The notes below the pieces were generated by a model, which ran no database searches, was not told where the DNA came from, and saw only the letters and a program-made list of their open reading frames with translations. DNA of 40,240 nucleotides. Origin: Promethearchaeota archaeon (GTDB lineage: Archaea; Asgardarchaeota; Lokiarchaeia; Sigyniarchaeales; SOKP01). Positions 18,197 through 27,905 of the stretch are shown here, piece by piece. Made by a program: the position numbers and the translations under genes. The stretch lies in contig JAEOSU010000063.1 of assembly GCA_016840165.1 (NCBI GenBank), positions 1 through 40,240 of the forward strand, read 5' to 3'. Numbering within the stretch: the first letter of the stretch is position 1; every line of letters begins with the position of its first letter.

Positions 18197-19060
18197 CTAT
18201 AACTCATAAAGCGCTTTAGCTAATACTAAGGCACCTTCAATTTCTGATGATTTCCCTACTCTCGATGTATCTATAATTATGGGATTCATTCCGAGATATA
18301 TTGCGCCAAAAGCTTTACCTCCTCCTAGATGGACCAAAGTGCGATAGATTAAATTTCCAGATATTCCATTTGGTGCTAAAATTAAATTTGATCCCCCCGC
18401 AACAGCTTTTTCAATTAAAATCTCATGATGATTTATTGTTAAATTAGGATACTGCTCTTTTAATCTGCTAACTAAGCTAATAGCTTCTTTAATACTTTGA
18501 TCAATAATGGCGCTACGACCTAAATCTCCTTTTCGCCCCCCACTTAACACACTAATTTCAGGTTTTATATCCATTAATTTAAATATCCTAAGAGCTTGTT
18601 CAAGAAATATTATTTTAGAGTCCAAATCATTGCACTCATCAATGCCAACTGGTCCAAAAAAGAATTGATAACCATAAACAGTCTCGAGTAAAGCTAAACG
18701 ATTGATTCTATATATATTAAAGTGTTCATGAACAGACTTTAGAAATTCATTTGAGCTTAAACCACCCCTTATTACTCCATCTAATTTATGATTTTTAAGA
18801 CATTCAATCATCTTTCTTTCAGGGCGATCACTAGCAATAAATTTTATATTAGATTTCGATTTGACCTTGATTTCATTGTCTAAAGTTTCTTGAATATCGA
18901 TATCATAACAATAGAGAGAGATATCAGCTTTATTATACTTTAGATAATTCAAAATTCCATCTATTATTATCTGGTACTGATCATGTGAAGTTCCAACTCC
19001 AATACCTATTTTAATTAATTTATCTTTAGATTTTTCCAAGAATTTTCCCAATAAAGCCAT
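18197..19060 (-). CDS. mtxX: Methanogenesis marker protein 4 / MtxX family (phosphotransacetylase-like fold)
   Basis: Motifs IRGGLSS, FFGPVGIDE, VLSGGRKGDLGRS, ILIEKA, APNGISGNLIYRTL, DTSR. Confidence 0.8.
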   Translation of the reverse strand: MALLGKFLEKSKDKLIKIGIGVGTSHDQYQIIIDGILNYLKYNKADISLYCYDIDIQETLDNEIKVKSKSNIKFIASDRPERKMIECLKNHKLDGVIRGGLSSNEFLKSVHEHFNIYRINRLALLETVYGYQFFFGPVGIDECNDLDSKIIFLEQALRIFKLMDIKPEISVLSGGRKGDLGRSAIIDQSIKEAISLVSRLKEQYPNLTINHHEILIEKAVAGGSNLILAPNGISGNLIYRTLVHLGGGKAFGAIYLGMNPIIIDTSRVGKSSEIEGALVLAKALYEL

Positions 19061-19081
19061 CTAACTCATTTTTATATAGAA

Positions 19082-20149
19082 TTAAAATACATTAAAAAAC
19101 ATAAAGGCTAATAGAATTGTTAATGCATCATATACTCCATGAGTAATCATTACAGCAATTAAATTTTCATTTCTCCAATAAAAGAGAATTCCAAGTAAAA
19201 GGGATATGGCAAAGTATGGAACAAATGAAAGCAAGAAAGAAATCAGAAGCAGTTCTGGGAACTCAAAATATGCGATAAATATCCCTATGAGATGAATCAA
19301 CGAAAAGATCAATGCTGTAGTTATAATCCCCCATTTTGTACCGATGGTTCTTACTAATCCTTTTTGCATAAATCCACGAAATAATACCTCTTCTGAGGTA
19401 CCTATTACGAGGATCATGATAATTAGTAGCAAAATTAAGCTTAGAGCATCTGTATTATTAATTATCGCATCAATTTCACTACTAGAGGTTCCAAATTCAT
19501 ATATAATTTCTGTTCCAAATATTAATTCTAAGAGAATCTCGATAAAAACTGATGTAAATGCAACTACAAAAAGTCCTACAAATGCAAAACCTAATCCGAT
19601 TAAAATTTCTTTTAAAATAGCATTAATATTATACCCTCTTCTTGTAAAACCTAAGACAGCAAACCTATTATTAAGAGAGGGGTTTTTAAGATACTTTCCA
19701 ACATATAGAACTGGTATAATGATAAAGGTTAATTCAGCGAGCGAACTAAAAATAGTAAGATAAGGATTTGTCACTACATCAAATATAGTACCACTCCCTA
19801 CATTAAACATTAAAATAATAAATATTAAAGCAAAAGCTATGATGTTCATGAATATAAACGCAGCAAATGGTAAACTTAACGAGCTAGTACTACTCCATAA
19901 TCTACGATTTTTAAGATGAAGTATCTCTTCATCAGAAATTTTCTGGGCAGTAGTGGGTTCTGAAATATATGATGATGGTATCCTCATATGCTCTTGGACA
20001 TAATAGAGATCGACTCCGCATTTTACACAATATTTTATCTTTTTCCGCTCTGGAATTTGCTGTCCACAGATAGGGCAGAAAGACCATTTTAATCCGTAAT
20101 TAACGGATTTTTCTTCATCATTGATATGATTAGATTTATTTATGTCCAT
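19082..20149 (-). CDS. CPBP (Abi/Rce1-like, CAAX type II) intramembrane metalloprotease with N-terminal Zn ribbon
   Basis: CPIC-x11-CVKC at the N-terminus, then EEVLFRG, FSLIH, HGVYD and multiple TM helices. Confidence 0.9.
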   Translation of the reverse strand: MDINKSNHINDEEKSVNYGLKWSFCPICGQQIPERKKIKYCVKCGVDLYYVQEHMRIPSSYISEPTTAQKISDEEILHLKNRRLWSSTSSLSLPFAAFIFMNIIAFALIFIILMFNVGSGTIFDVVTNPYLTIFSSLAELTFIIIPVLYVGKYLKNPSLNNRFAVLGFTRRGYNINAILKEILIGLGFAFVGLFVVAFTSVFIEILLELIFGTEIIYEFGTSSSEIDAIINNTDALSLILLLIIMILVIGTSEEVLFRGFMQKGLVRTIGTKWGIITTALIFSLIHLIGIFIAYFEFPELLLISFLLSFVPYFAISLLLGILFYWRNENLIAVMITHGVYDALTILLAFMFFNVF

Positions 20150-20266
20150 TAAATATCAGTTATTTACTTACTTATTACTTAATAAATACAAACGAATGTA
20201 AATTATTAATTGTTATAGGTTTAAAGTGATTCATTCAATTTTCTTTTCTTTTATGATATATAGGTA

Positions 20267-22027
20267 TTAATGAGTAAAGTAGCAATATAATTCATTATTT
20301 TCTATTTTAATAGGATTCACAAAACCATATCTTTCAAATTGAATTGGTGTGTTCATCGGTATCTCTTTGAGTCCTATCTCACCATATCCTTTATTTAATT
20401 CTCCATTGGGTTGAAGAATGTTGACTAAAATGTGCTTTTCTTCTGGAACCCAGTGAATAATTGAATAATCGCGATTAAGTTCATGGCTATGAAAGGAAGC
20501 ATGAACTAAATTTTCATCCAACTTTATTTGTATTACTTCAATATTCATTAAATCTTTTAATCGGATTATCTTTCGTTTTTTAAGGTTTTTAGCATCCCGA
20601 TAAGATATATATAATACAAGTCTCCCCTCATCCACAGAAGATGTAATTACTCTTGTTCCTTTTTCTGAATTAGACGGCATTAAAAGTGGTTCCGCTTTAA
20701 TTTTTGTTTCAGGGACATCTTTAATAATTAATTTCACTGGATTAGCAACAAAAAAATATCTACAAGATATTTTATCAATCAACTCTTTATTCTTTGCATA
20801 TAACCAATCAACTGAAAAACTTATTCCTGCTTGAGACATCCCTAAATCTAATAAAGCACTTTTCAGAGCTTCTGGTCTTATGCCTCTTTTTTTTAATGAT
20901 TGAAGACTCCATGTTCGGGGATCATCCCAATCCTGATAAATTCCCTCTTGGATCTTGTTCCTAGAATCTGTCTTACTTAATTTCAAATTAGGAAATCTTA
21001 ATCGCCCATAATAGAGTAAAGTCGCTTTTTTCCAGCCAAAATGATCCCATACAAATTCTTCAATGATCCCCTCTTTCATTAAATCAATTCCACGGATAAT
21101 ATGAGAAATTCCTAATAGATAATCATCTATTGCCCATGAGAATTCTAACATTGGCCATACTAAGTATTTATTACCAATTCTGGGATGTTTTGCTTCTGAT
21201 ATCCTCATTATAATTTGGTCCCTTAAAGCAGGATCTTTCTGCTTCATTCCTGTTTTCAATCTTACTACCGCTTCTGTTTCACGATACTTTCCTTGAAGCA
21301 TATTATTCCATTCCTCAAGGTTCTTAGAGACTGTTTGATTTCGATGTGGACAATCTTTTTTAACATTTTTATATTTTTCTCTAAAAGTAATTGCATCACA
21401 AAAGCATACGTAAGCCATATTATCTTGTATTAACTTTTCACAATACTCATAAAATATTCCTATACGATCGCTCTTATAATATATTTCGTCGATCTTTACA
21501 TCCAACCAATCTAAACCGTCTTTGATTAATTCATATGCTTCGGGAAGTACATATTTTGCTTTTGGACTGTCTCGTAATGATTTAGGACTCCCTATAGTAT
21601 CATCATAAAAAAGAATGAGTTTTCCATTGTATCGTTTTACATATTCACTATTCAACACAATCATTCGTGCATTGCCAATATGAAGAGCTCCACTCGGATA
21701 AGGTGCTAAACGCATTTTTACTTCTTTAAATTTATGTAAATCCGGTAAATCGGGTAATTCCTTTTTTTCTTCGGTTATAATTTCTTTTTCTAGAGCAGTG
21801 GGATCAAGCTGTAATAACTTTTCTTTTTGTTGTTCTAAATTTAACTGTAATATTTCATTTATGACTTCATCTAAAATTGGAATAATTATTTTTGATTGAC
21901 TTCTTAGATCTTTCCTTTCAGCCATCAATTTTCCCATAACTGCCTTCTTATTCGGTTTTCCATTAAATTCAACCGCATTTTTTAATCCGTTTATCCAAAG
22001 GATCTTTTTTACCTCATCGATATTCAT
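20267..22027 (-). CDS. gltX: Glutamate--tRNA ligase (archaeal type)
   Basis: Motifs RLAPYPSGALHIGNAR, AYVCFC, HIIRGID, KLSKT, WDDPR, IQFERYGF, plus an archaeal N-terminal extension. Confidence 0.97.
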   Translation of the reverse strand: MNIDEVKKILWINGLKNAVEFNGKPNKKAVMGKLMAERKDLRSQSKIIIPILDEVINEILQLNLEQQKEKLLQLDPTALEKEIITEEKKELPDLPDLHKFKEVKMRLAPYPSGALHIGNARMIVLNSEYVKRYNGKLILFYDDTIGSPKSLRDSPKAKYVLPEAYELIKDGLDWLDVKIDEIYYKSDRIGIFYEYCEKLIQDNMAYVCFCDAITFREKYKNVKKDCPHRNQTVSKNLEEWNNMLQGKYRETEAVVRLKTGMKQKDPALRDQIIMRISEAKHPRIGNKYLVWPMLEFSWAIDDYLLGISHIIRGIDLMKEGIIEEFVWDHFGWKKATLLYYGRLRFPNLKLSKTDSRNKIQEGIYQDWDDPRTWSLQSLKKRGIRPEALKSALLDLGMSQAGISFSVDWLYAKNKELIDKISCRYFFVANPVKLIIKDVPETKIKAEPLLMPSNSEKGTRVITSSVDEGRLVLYISYRDAKNLKKRKIIRLKDLMNIEVIQIKLDENLVHASFHSHELNRDYSIIHWVPEEKHILVNILQPNGELNKGYGEIGLKEIPMNTPIQFERYGFVNPIKIENNELYCYFTH

Positions 22028-22177
22028 ACAAAAATCTCGTATAGGATTATTTTATAGTGAATAGAATACTTTGAATATTACTAATCTTTCTTTTCAAAAA
22101 AAATAAATCATTGTTAATATTAATAATTACAAAAAATTTATCTAATATATTGAAAATTAGCTATTGTGATTATTCTT

Positions 22178-22468
22178 ATGTTTTATCGTGGATATATACT
22201 TATTCGACTAAAGACAATAGGTACTGAATGGAAAGTTGTTGAAAAATTAAGCAAGCTCCGATCGACTGAGCCCTCAGAACTTTGGAAAATTACCTATGTG
22301 ACTCCAATATATGGAGGATGGGACGTAATGGTTGAGTGTTCCTTTACCAAATTGCATGAATTAGATAAAATTGTCACATTTATGCGAGTTGATGAAGAAG
22401 TTTCTCCTTGGATCGAAGAAACAACTACACTTGTATCAAGCAGACCGGATTATACCAATGAAAACTGA
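22178..22468 (+). CDS. Stand-alone Lrp/AsnC ligand-binding (RAM) domain protein
   Basis: Pattern YILIR...GTEWKVVEKL...PIYGGWDVMVE...LDKIV...EETTTLV with no HTH. ATG at 22178 (track GTG 22166). Confidence 0.8.
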   Translation: MFYRGYILIRLKTIGTEWKVVEKLSKLRSTEPSELWKITYVTPIYGGWDVMVECSFTKLHELDKIVTFMRVDEEVSPWIEETTTLVSSRPDYTNEN

Positions 22469-22516
22469 TTTATTAAATATTCTCCTTATATTTAAATGAT
22501 TAGAAATAAAGTATAA

Positions 22517-22627
22517 GGCCTGGTAGTCCAGCCTGGATAGGGCGCTGGCTTGCGGAGCCAGATATGCATGACAGATATTACTTTCTGTTATCACTGGAGA
22601 TCGAGGGTTCAAATCCCCCCCAGGCCA
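22517..22627 (+). tRNA. tRNA-Arg (GCG) with a 36-nt intron at non-canonical position ~45/46 (intron ~22564-22599)
   Basis: Acceptor stem GGCCTGG/CCAGGCC, anticodon arm CTGGC-TTGCGGA-GCCAG, TTCAAAT loop. The insert forms a CCAG/CTGG 4-bp helix with ATA and AGA bulges plus an inner hairpin. TATA-like TTTAAA lies at ~22491. Confidence 0.9.
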
Positions 22628-22649
22628 TTTAAATAGAAAAATTTTTCAT

Positions 22650-23423
22650 TCAAATATGATTTAAAATTTCAGAGATATCATTTATCTCAATATAATCATT
22701 AATTTTTATCTCTTGTTCAAATGGAAAGCGTATCGTCCTTTTATACAGAATCGTTTTTAAACCCGCTCTGTAGCCTCCCATAATATCCGCATATTCATCT
22801 CCAATAATAAGGCATAAACTGGGATCTTTTAAACCCATCTGCTTTATTGTATAGTGAAAAATTCCAGGATCTGGTTTTCTCATACCAAATTTCGCAGAAG
22901 TTACGACTATATTGAAAAAGTGGTATAAGTCGTACTTCTTTAATAAATTTTCAATAGTATTGTGGTTTGGATGATTAGAGAGCACCCCAATTTTCAGATC
23001 TTTAATATTAGTAAGGGTTTCAAGAGTCTTTTTTGTATTTTTAAGGGGTATCCATTGTTGTTCTTCATGAAAATGATAAAGGTCTGCCAATTCTTGATAG
23101 CGTTCATGAGACAGGCTTCTCAAACCCAATTTCTTGAAAATTGAATGAAATAAGATATGAGTTGGGAATTCCCGTTTAGTTTTGATGCTATTTTTGAAAT
23201 TAGAATTTCTCTCTTTAATAAAGGTATTAATAAACAATTTTTCTGTGTCCTGATTTTCTATAACTTTATATTCTTTTAACTTCGCTACTGATTTATCCAA
23301 TCCTATTTTGTAGCTTTCAAGATACTTCTTAACTGACGCATCTTTAAATTCGAATAGAGTAAAACCAAAATCAAAAATTATCCCCTTAAATTTCATGTTC
23401 CACCAAGAATATTTTTCCATCAA
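22650..23423 (-). CDS. HAD-superfamily hydrolase
   Basis: IIFDFGFTL (motif I variant), VLSN, RKPDPGIF, IGDEYADIMGG. Confidence 0.88.
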   Translation of the reverse strand: MMEKYSWWNMKFKGIIFDFGFTLFEFKDASVKKYLESYKIGLDKSVAKLKEYKVIENQDTEKLFINTFIKERNSNFKNSIKTKREFPTHILFHSIFKKLGLRSLSHERYQELADLYHFHEEQQWIPLKNTKKTLETLTNIKDLKIGVLSNHPNHNTIENLLKKYDLYHFFNIVVTSAKFGMRKPDPGIFHYTIKQMGLKDPSLCLIIGDEYADIMGGYRAGLKTILYKRTIRFPFEQEIKINDYIEINDISEILNHI

Positions 23424-23514
23424 TCCATTTAAAATTATGGTTTTATTGAGGTCTGTTAATGTTTTAATAACAAATTAATTTTAAGTTATTTATTATAAAT
23501 CTAGATAGAATACT

Positions 23515-24042
23515 ATGTCTATTGAAAAATGGCTTTGTGAGAGAGAGGCTGAAGAAATAAGGAAAAAGAAAGAAGAACTATATAAAGAATTACCAAAAGA
23601 GAAAAAACAAGATTTAAAAAAGAAAAGTATTAAAAAAATAGTTGAAAATGAGACTTTAGACCTCAAACCTGATATTTCGGATACATTATTAAGCAAGGTC
23701 ATCGAGTTTAAAGATTGGATTGAGGGAAGAACCTACTTGAAAGGAGATATCGACAAGATAATCATAAAGATTCAAAATATGACCAAGAATATTGAATTGA
23801 TGAAGAAAATCGATAAAACAAAATCAAGTAAGGACAGATTTAATCTCTTGAGCAATCTTTACAAAGAAATCCCCCCATCATTTTTAGATGAAAAAACCCG
23901 AGTCGCATTGAATAAAAAATTAAGAGGAGTCACAAGAACTAATTCAGATAATTACTATATAAGAAAGTTAAAAAATACTATCAGAGAAAAGTTAAATGAA
24001 GCGAAATATTATGAGATTCTTAGAGAACTATTAGAAAGTTAA
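23515..24042 (+). CDS. Hypothetical Lys-rich helical protein
   Basis: 175-aa ATG ORF with host-like composition and no recognised motif. Confidence 0.75.
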   Translation: MSIEKWLCEREAEEIRKKKEELYKELPKEKKQDLKKKSIKKIVENETLDLKPDISDTLLSKVIEFKDWIEGRTYLKGDIDKIIIKIQNMTKNIELMKKIDKTKSSKDRFNLLSNLYKEIPPSFLDEKTRVALNKKLRGVTRTNSDNYYIRKLKNTIREKLNEAKYYEILRELLES

Positions 24043-24082
24043 AATCATACTTTATTACAGAATTTTCTAAACTTTAAAGAAA

Positions 24083-25171
24083 ATGTGGCTCGTTTGTCCT
24101 ATTGCAGGTGTTGGAACACGATTACAGCCATTTACATATTCTAAACCTAAAGCATTTCTAAAAGTGGCAGGGAAACGTGTAATTGATCATATTTTAATTA
24201 AGTTAAAAAAAACTTTTCCCCAGAATACGAATGTTTGTTTTGTTGTAGGCTATAAAAAGCGTTTAATAACTGAATACCTTGAAAAGAATTACTCAGATTA
24301 TTTTAATTTACATTTTGTAGAACAAGAACCTATTGGTTATGATGGAGACATACCCTTTTTTTCGGGATTAGGAGATGCTATACTACTGACGAAAGAATAT
24401 GTGAAAAATGATGATTGTTTTATTTTCTTAAGTGATAGACTTCCATTAGAAAATTATTCTTCAGTTATTCTGACCTATCATCAAAGCACCTGTGATGGTG
24501 TTATTAATGTTAGAAGAGTTCAAAGCCCACAATTTTATGGAGTAATCCTTATTGATAAAGATGGATATATAACTAAGATTATAGAGAAACCACAGGATTT
24601 TTTTTCTGATTTGGCTGTTTCTGGAGCTTATTTATTTGCAAAAAAAGTTGTTCCTAAATTATTTGATTTATTAGAGGAACAAAGTAAGAAAAAGATTGAA
24701 AATGGAGAGGAGCATCCATTAACTTCCATCATCGCTCAATTAATAGAGCAAGACGTTAAACTAAAAGCCAATGAAATGAAGACCGAAATTATTGATTTTG
24801 GACGCCCAGAGAGCTTAATAGATGGTAATCGTTTCTTATTATCAGAACTTAAACTTAGAGATCCATTATATGAAGACTTGATGGGAACGGGAAACATAAA
24901 GGATTCAAAAATAATTCCTCCGGTATTTATAGGCAAGGATGTTAATATTAGTAATTCAGTTATCGGACCAAATGTCTCTATTGGGGATGATCTTGTGATC
25001 GAAAAATGTGTATTATCTGAATCAGTTATAGGAGATGGAGTTTTTCTTAAAAAAATTATTTCTTCCAATAGTATAATAGGGGATTATTCAGTGTTAGAGG
25101 ATTTGATAAAAAATAAAATTACGATTGGTGATTCTACATATATCACCACATCGAACATGAAATCATTTTAA
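24083..25171 (+). CDS. Sugar-1-phosphate nucleotidyltransferase (glucose-1-phosphate thymidylyltransferase long-form-like)
   Basis: AGVGTRLQPFTYSKPK, GLGDAI, IIEKP, DFGRPE, and C-terminal hexapeptide repeats (SVIGPNVSIG). Confidence 0.9.
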   Translation: MWLVCPIAGVGTRLQPFTYSKPKAFLKVAGKRVIDHILIKLKKTFPQNTNVCFVVGYKKRLITEYLEKNYSDYFNLHFVEQEPIGYDGDIPFFSGLGDAILLTKEYVKNDDCFIFLSDRLPLENYSSVILTYHQSTCDGVINVRRVQSPQFYGVILIDKDGYITKIIEKPQDFFSDLAVSGAYLFAKKVVPKLFDLLEEQSKKKIENGEEHPLTSIIAQLIEQDVKLKANEMKTEIIDFGRPESLIDGNRFLLSELKLRDPLYEDLMGTGNIKDSKIIPPVFIGKDVNISNSVIGPNVSIGDDLVIEKCVLSESVIGDGVFLKKIISSNSIIGDYSVLEDLIKNKITIGDSTYITTSNMKSF

Positions 25172-25198
25172 TGTAAATTTTACGTGTAAAGTCTTTCC

Positions 25199-26629
25199 TT
25201 ATTTAAAAGATGGTTTTTTATCTTGCCAAGGACAAAGCTCTTCAAATGCTTTCGAAACTTGAAGTACTGTTTTCTCATCGAAACGTTTGCCTACAATCTG
25301 CATACCAATAGGCTTTCCCAAATCATCCCATCCAGATGGAATTGACGCTGCAGGAAGACCAGTCAAATTAAATGGATATGTAAATGTCATCCAACTGGTA
25401 ATATTCAACGCTTTTTTACCTATTATTGGGAAAATTGTACCTGTTTCTAGCCATCCTGGTTTAAAAGCAGTACATGGTAATGTTGGAGTAATAAGTATAT
25501 CATAATCGTTAAAATAGTGATACATTACTTCATTGACTTGTTTTCTGAGATATTGCGCCTTTCCAATGTTCATGGAATTGTTGTCTAATCCTAACCTTAT
25601 TTGTGCAATTAAATCGGGATCAAAATCTTCAGGGCTTTTCGAATATGCCTTCTGTAGGTCGTATGCATAACCTATGGTAACTAATGTATTAAAAGCAAAT
25701 TCTGGATTTTTAATCTTTATCTTTGCCTCTTCAACATCCCAGTCATATTGATCAAATTTTTGCACACTATTGAGTAAATTTTTCTCAACTTCTTCTGCAA
25801 GGATTTTTCCAAATCCTAAGCTTGTGGAATACCCAATTTTCAGTTTCGGAGGGGTATCCTTTAAGACATTGAAATAATCAATATCATTATCGGGAAAAGA
25901 ATTGCTGTCAGCAGGGTGATTCCCTTTTAAAGCATTCAGCATTAAAGCAGCATCTTTAACGTACCGTACAATAGAACCATAATGATCCATTGTTTTAAAT
26001 GCAATTCCTATGCGGGGATAGCTAGGAATACGCCCAAAGGTTGGTTTTAAACCAAAGACACCGCAACAACTACTTGGAACCCTTATCGAGCCACCTCCAT
26101 CAGATCCTAAAGCTAGGGGTCCTAATCCACTAGCTACAGATGCTGCTGCACCTCCACTTGAACCACCGGAATTAGTTTCAATATCCCATGGATTTTTAGT
26201 TTCTCCAAAAATTTGATTATTCGTAAGTGCAATATGACCAAATGCAGGGGTATTGGTTTTTCCAAGCATCACACAACCTGCATCTAAAAGCCGTTGAACG
26301 GCTACATCATTCTCTTCTGGAATAAAATTTTCATACAATCTTGATCCAAAAGTTGTTCTTATCCCTTTTGTTTGCATTAAATCTTTAATTGAAGTAGGAA
26401 TCCCATTTAAAGAACCTAAAGTTTCACCCCTCTTGACAAAATTATCAGCCTTTTTTGCCAGTTCTCTTGCTAAGTCAAAATTTGTAGTACAGTAAGCATT
26501 TACAATAGGATTTATTTTCTCAATTCGCTCAATTATGGCTTCTGTAATCTCAAGAGAACTCAATTCTTGAGATTGGATTTTTTCCTTCATTTCATATGCT
26601 GCTAAATAACATATCTCTTCATCTTTCAT
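25199..26629 (-). CDS. Amidase-signature family amidase
   Basis: GIPTSIKDL, GKTNTP, SGGSSGGAAA, GSDGGGSIRVPSSCCG (Ser-cisSer-Lys triad), FNLTGLPAAS. Confidence 0.93.
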   Translation of the reverse strand: MKDEEICYLAAYEMKEKIQSQELSSLEITEAIIERIEKINPIVNAYCTTNFDLARELAKKADNFVKRGETLGSLNGIPTSIKDLMQTKGIRTTFGSRLYENFIPEENDVAVQRLLDAGCVMLGKTNTPAFGHIALTNNQIFGETKNPWDIETNSGGSSGGAAASVASGLGPLALGSDGGGSIRVPSSCCGVFGLKPTFGRIPSYPRIGIAFKTMDHYGSIVRYVKDAALMLNALKGNHPADSNSFPDNDIDYFNVLKDTPPKLKIGYSTSLGFGKILAEEVEKNLLNSVQKFDQYDWDVEEAKIKIKNPEFAFNTLVTIGYAYDLQKAYSKSPEDFDPDLIAQIRLGLDNNSMNIGKAQYLRKQVNEVMYHYFNDYDILITPTLPCTAFKPGWLETGTIFPIIGKKALNITSWMTFTYPFNLTGLPAASIPSGWDDLGKPIGMQIVGKRFDEKTVLQVSKAFEELCPWQDKKPSFK

Positions 26630-26812
26630 ATAATTCCACTTTTTATATTTTTTATATTTGAAATATTTATGATAAACTCATATTTATACGAATACTATAT
26701 GTAAAAAAATTTTGGATATCTTATCAAATCAATTAGGATTTGAAAAAATTATTTAAATTTCTCTTCACTATATTGGAGTATCATCAATGATTTATCACTT
26801 GAATCGAGACTG

Positions 26813-27502
26813 TTGAAGTATAAATATAAAATAATATTAGTAATTTCGCTACTTAATATTTGTATACTTTTATCAATGTTCAATGTTAGAGTGAAGGCTC
26901 AAGAGGAGTTCACTTTAAGCGTTGACACTAATGAAGAGTATATTTGGGAAGTTACCGAATTGGATCTACCAGAATTTAAGCGAATTATTGGATTTGAACC
27001 CAACTTTGAATTAGGAGATCGTATTAGGTTAATAATAAGGGATATAATTGAAGGAGCAACAGGTTGGTCCATAACAGTAGAATTCTGGGATTACAAAATG
27101 GATTGGGGACAAGTCGGGAACATAGAAGATTTACCTATGAAAAATGGTCCAGAGAATTATGATGATTACATTTTCATTTTAACGCCTATTGAAGATTATC
27201 TTAGTAGTGTTGATGAATTACAAGGACCAGAATATACAGTTACATCTAATTCTATATCGAAAGTAATTCGGGCTGACACGGGTAAGGATTATATAATGGA
27301 GAAAGTATACGATCGTAGAGGTGTCCCAATTTCAGAGACCTTTTATGAATATACCACGAGAAGAGTCCTTGCCCGAGTTGAGAGCGCTTTAACTTCAATA
27401 TCATTTGGTTTTTACTTTTTAGGTTTTATTGCGGTAGCATTTACTGCAATTATTCTTATTACAATGAAAAGGAAGCGCTTTATCTTTTCTAATAGGAAAT
27501 AG
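26813..27502 (+). CDS. Exported protein with signal peptide and C-terminal TM anchor
   Basis: Basic N-terminus, hydrophobic core and VKA|Q cleavage site. C-terminal TM helix followed by KRKR. Confidence 0.8.
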   Translation: MKYKYKIILVISLLNICILLSMFNVRVKAQEEFTLSVDTNEEYIWEVTELDLPEFKRIIGFEPNFELGDRIRLIIRDIIEGATGWSITVEFWDYKMDWGQVGNIEDLPMKNGPENYDDYIFILTPIEDYLSSVDELQGPEYTVTSNSISKVIRADTGKDYIMEKVYDRRGVPISETFYEYTTRRVLARVESALTSISFGFYFLGFIAVAFTAIILITMKRKRFIFSNRK

Positions 27503-27557
27503 GAAGGAATGTATAGAAAAGGGTGTACTAGGATTTTATTTTCGCTTAGGACCTTTT

Positions 27558-27749
27558 ATGATCCCCCGATATTCTTTATATTTAATTGTTAATATTCTGG
27601 GTGCATTAGGATATGTATTTCTTGCTATTACATATGGTGACGTGTTTATTATCAGTCCAGAGAGTTTACTTCTATTATTTTTTTTGATTTTTAGTACTTC
27701 TGTATTTATTTATGAATCGATAAAAATTTGGGAAAGAAAGCCTACCTAA
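27558..27749 (+). CDS. Small 2-TM membrane protein
   Basis: 63-aa ORF with two hydrophobic helices. Confidence 0.5.
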   Translation: MIPRYSLYLIVNILGALGYVFLAITYGDVFIISPESLLLLFFLIFSTSVFIYESIKIWERKPT

Positions 27750-27905
27750 TGTATCAACTTTAATTAGGTTATACTTATTTGAATACTTAAAAATCGCAAA
27801 GTTATATTTGTTAAGAATTATATTTATTTTCCTTATGATAAATTCTAGATTTATAATAGAAAATTGGTGATTTTACAAATCAATAGATGAAAATATTGTC
27901 ATAAT

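Noticed and set aside
21667-21690. HIGN instead of HIGH in GluRS
   Set aside because: This is a common natural variant of the class I signature.
22562-22599. Long variable arm indicating tRNA-Sec/Ser/Leu or a suppressor tRNA
   Set aside because: The anticodon is GCG (Arg), and the insert has BHB-like splice geometry that yields a normal 5-nt loop.
15894-22627. tRNAs as integration sites of an island or provirus
   Set aside because: No integrase and no duplicated tRNA 3' end (att) were seen, and the flanking genes are housekeeping.
25199-26629. Amidase as GatA partnering the nearby GluRS
   Set aside because: No gatB/gatC is adjacent and I see no GatA-specific motifs, so a general amidase call is better supported.
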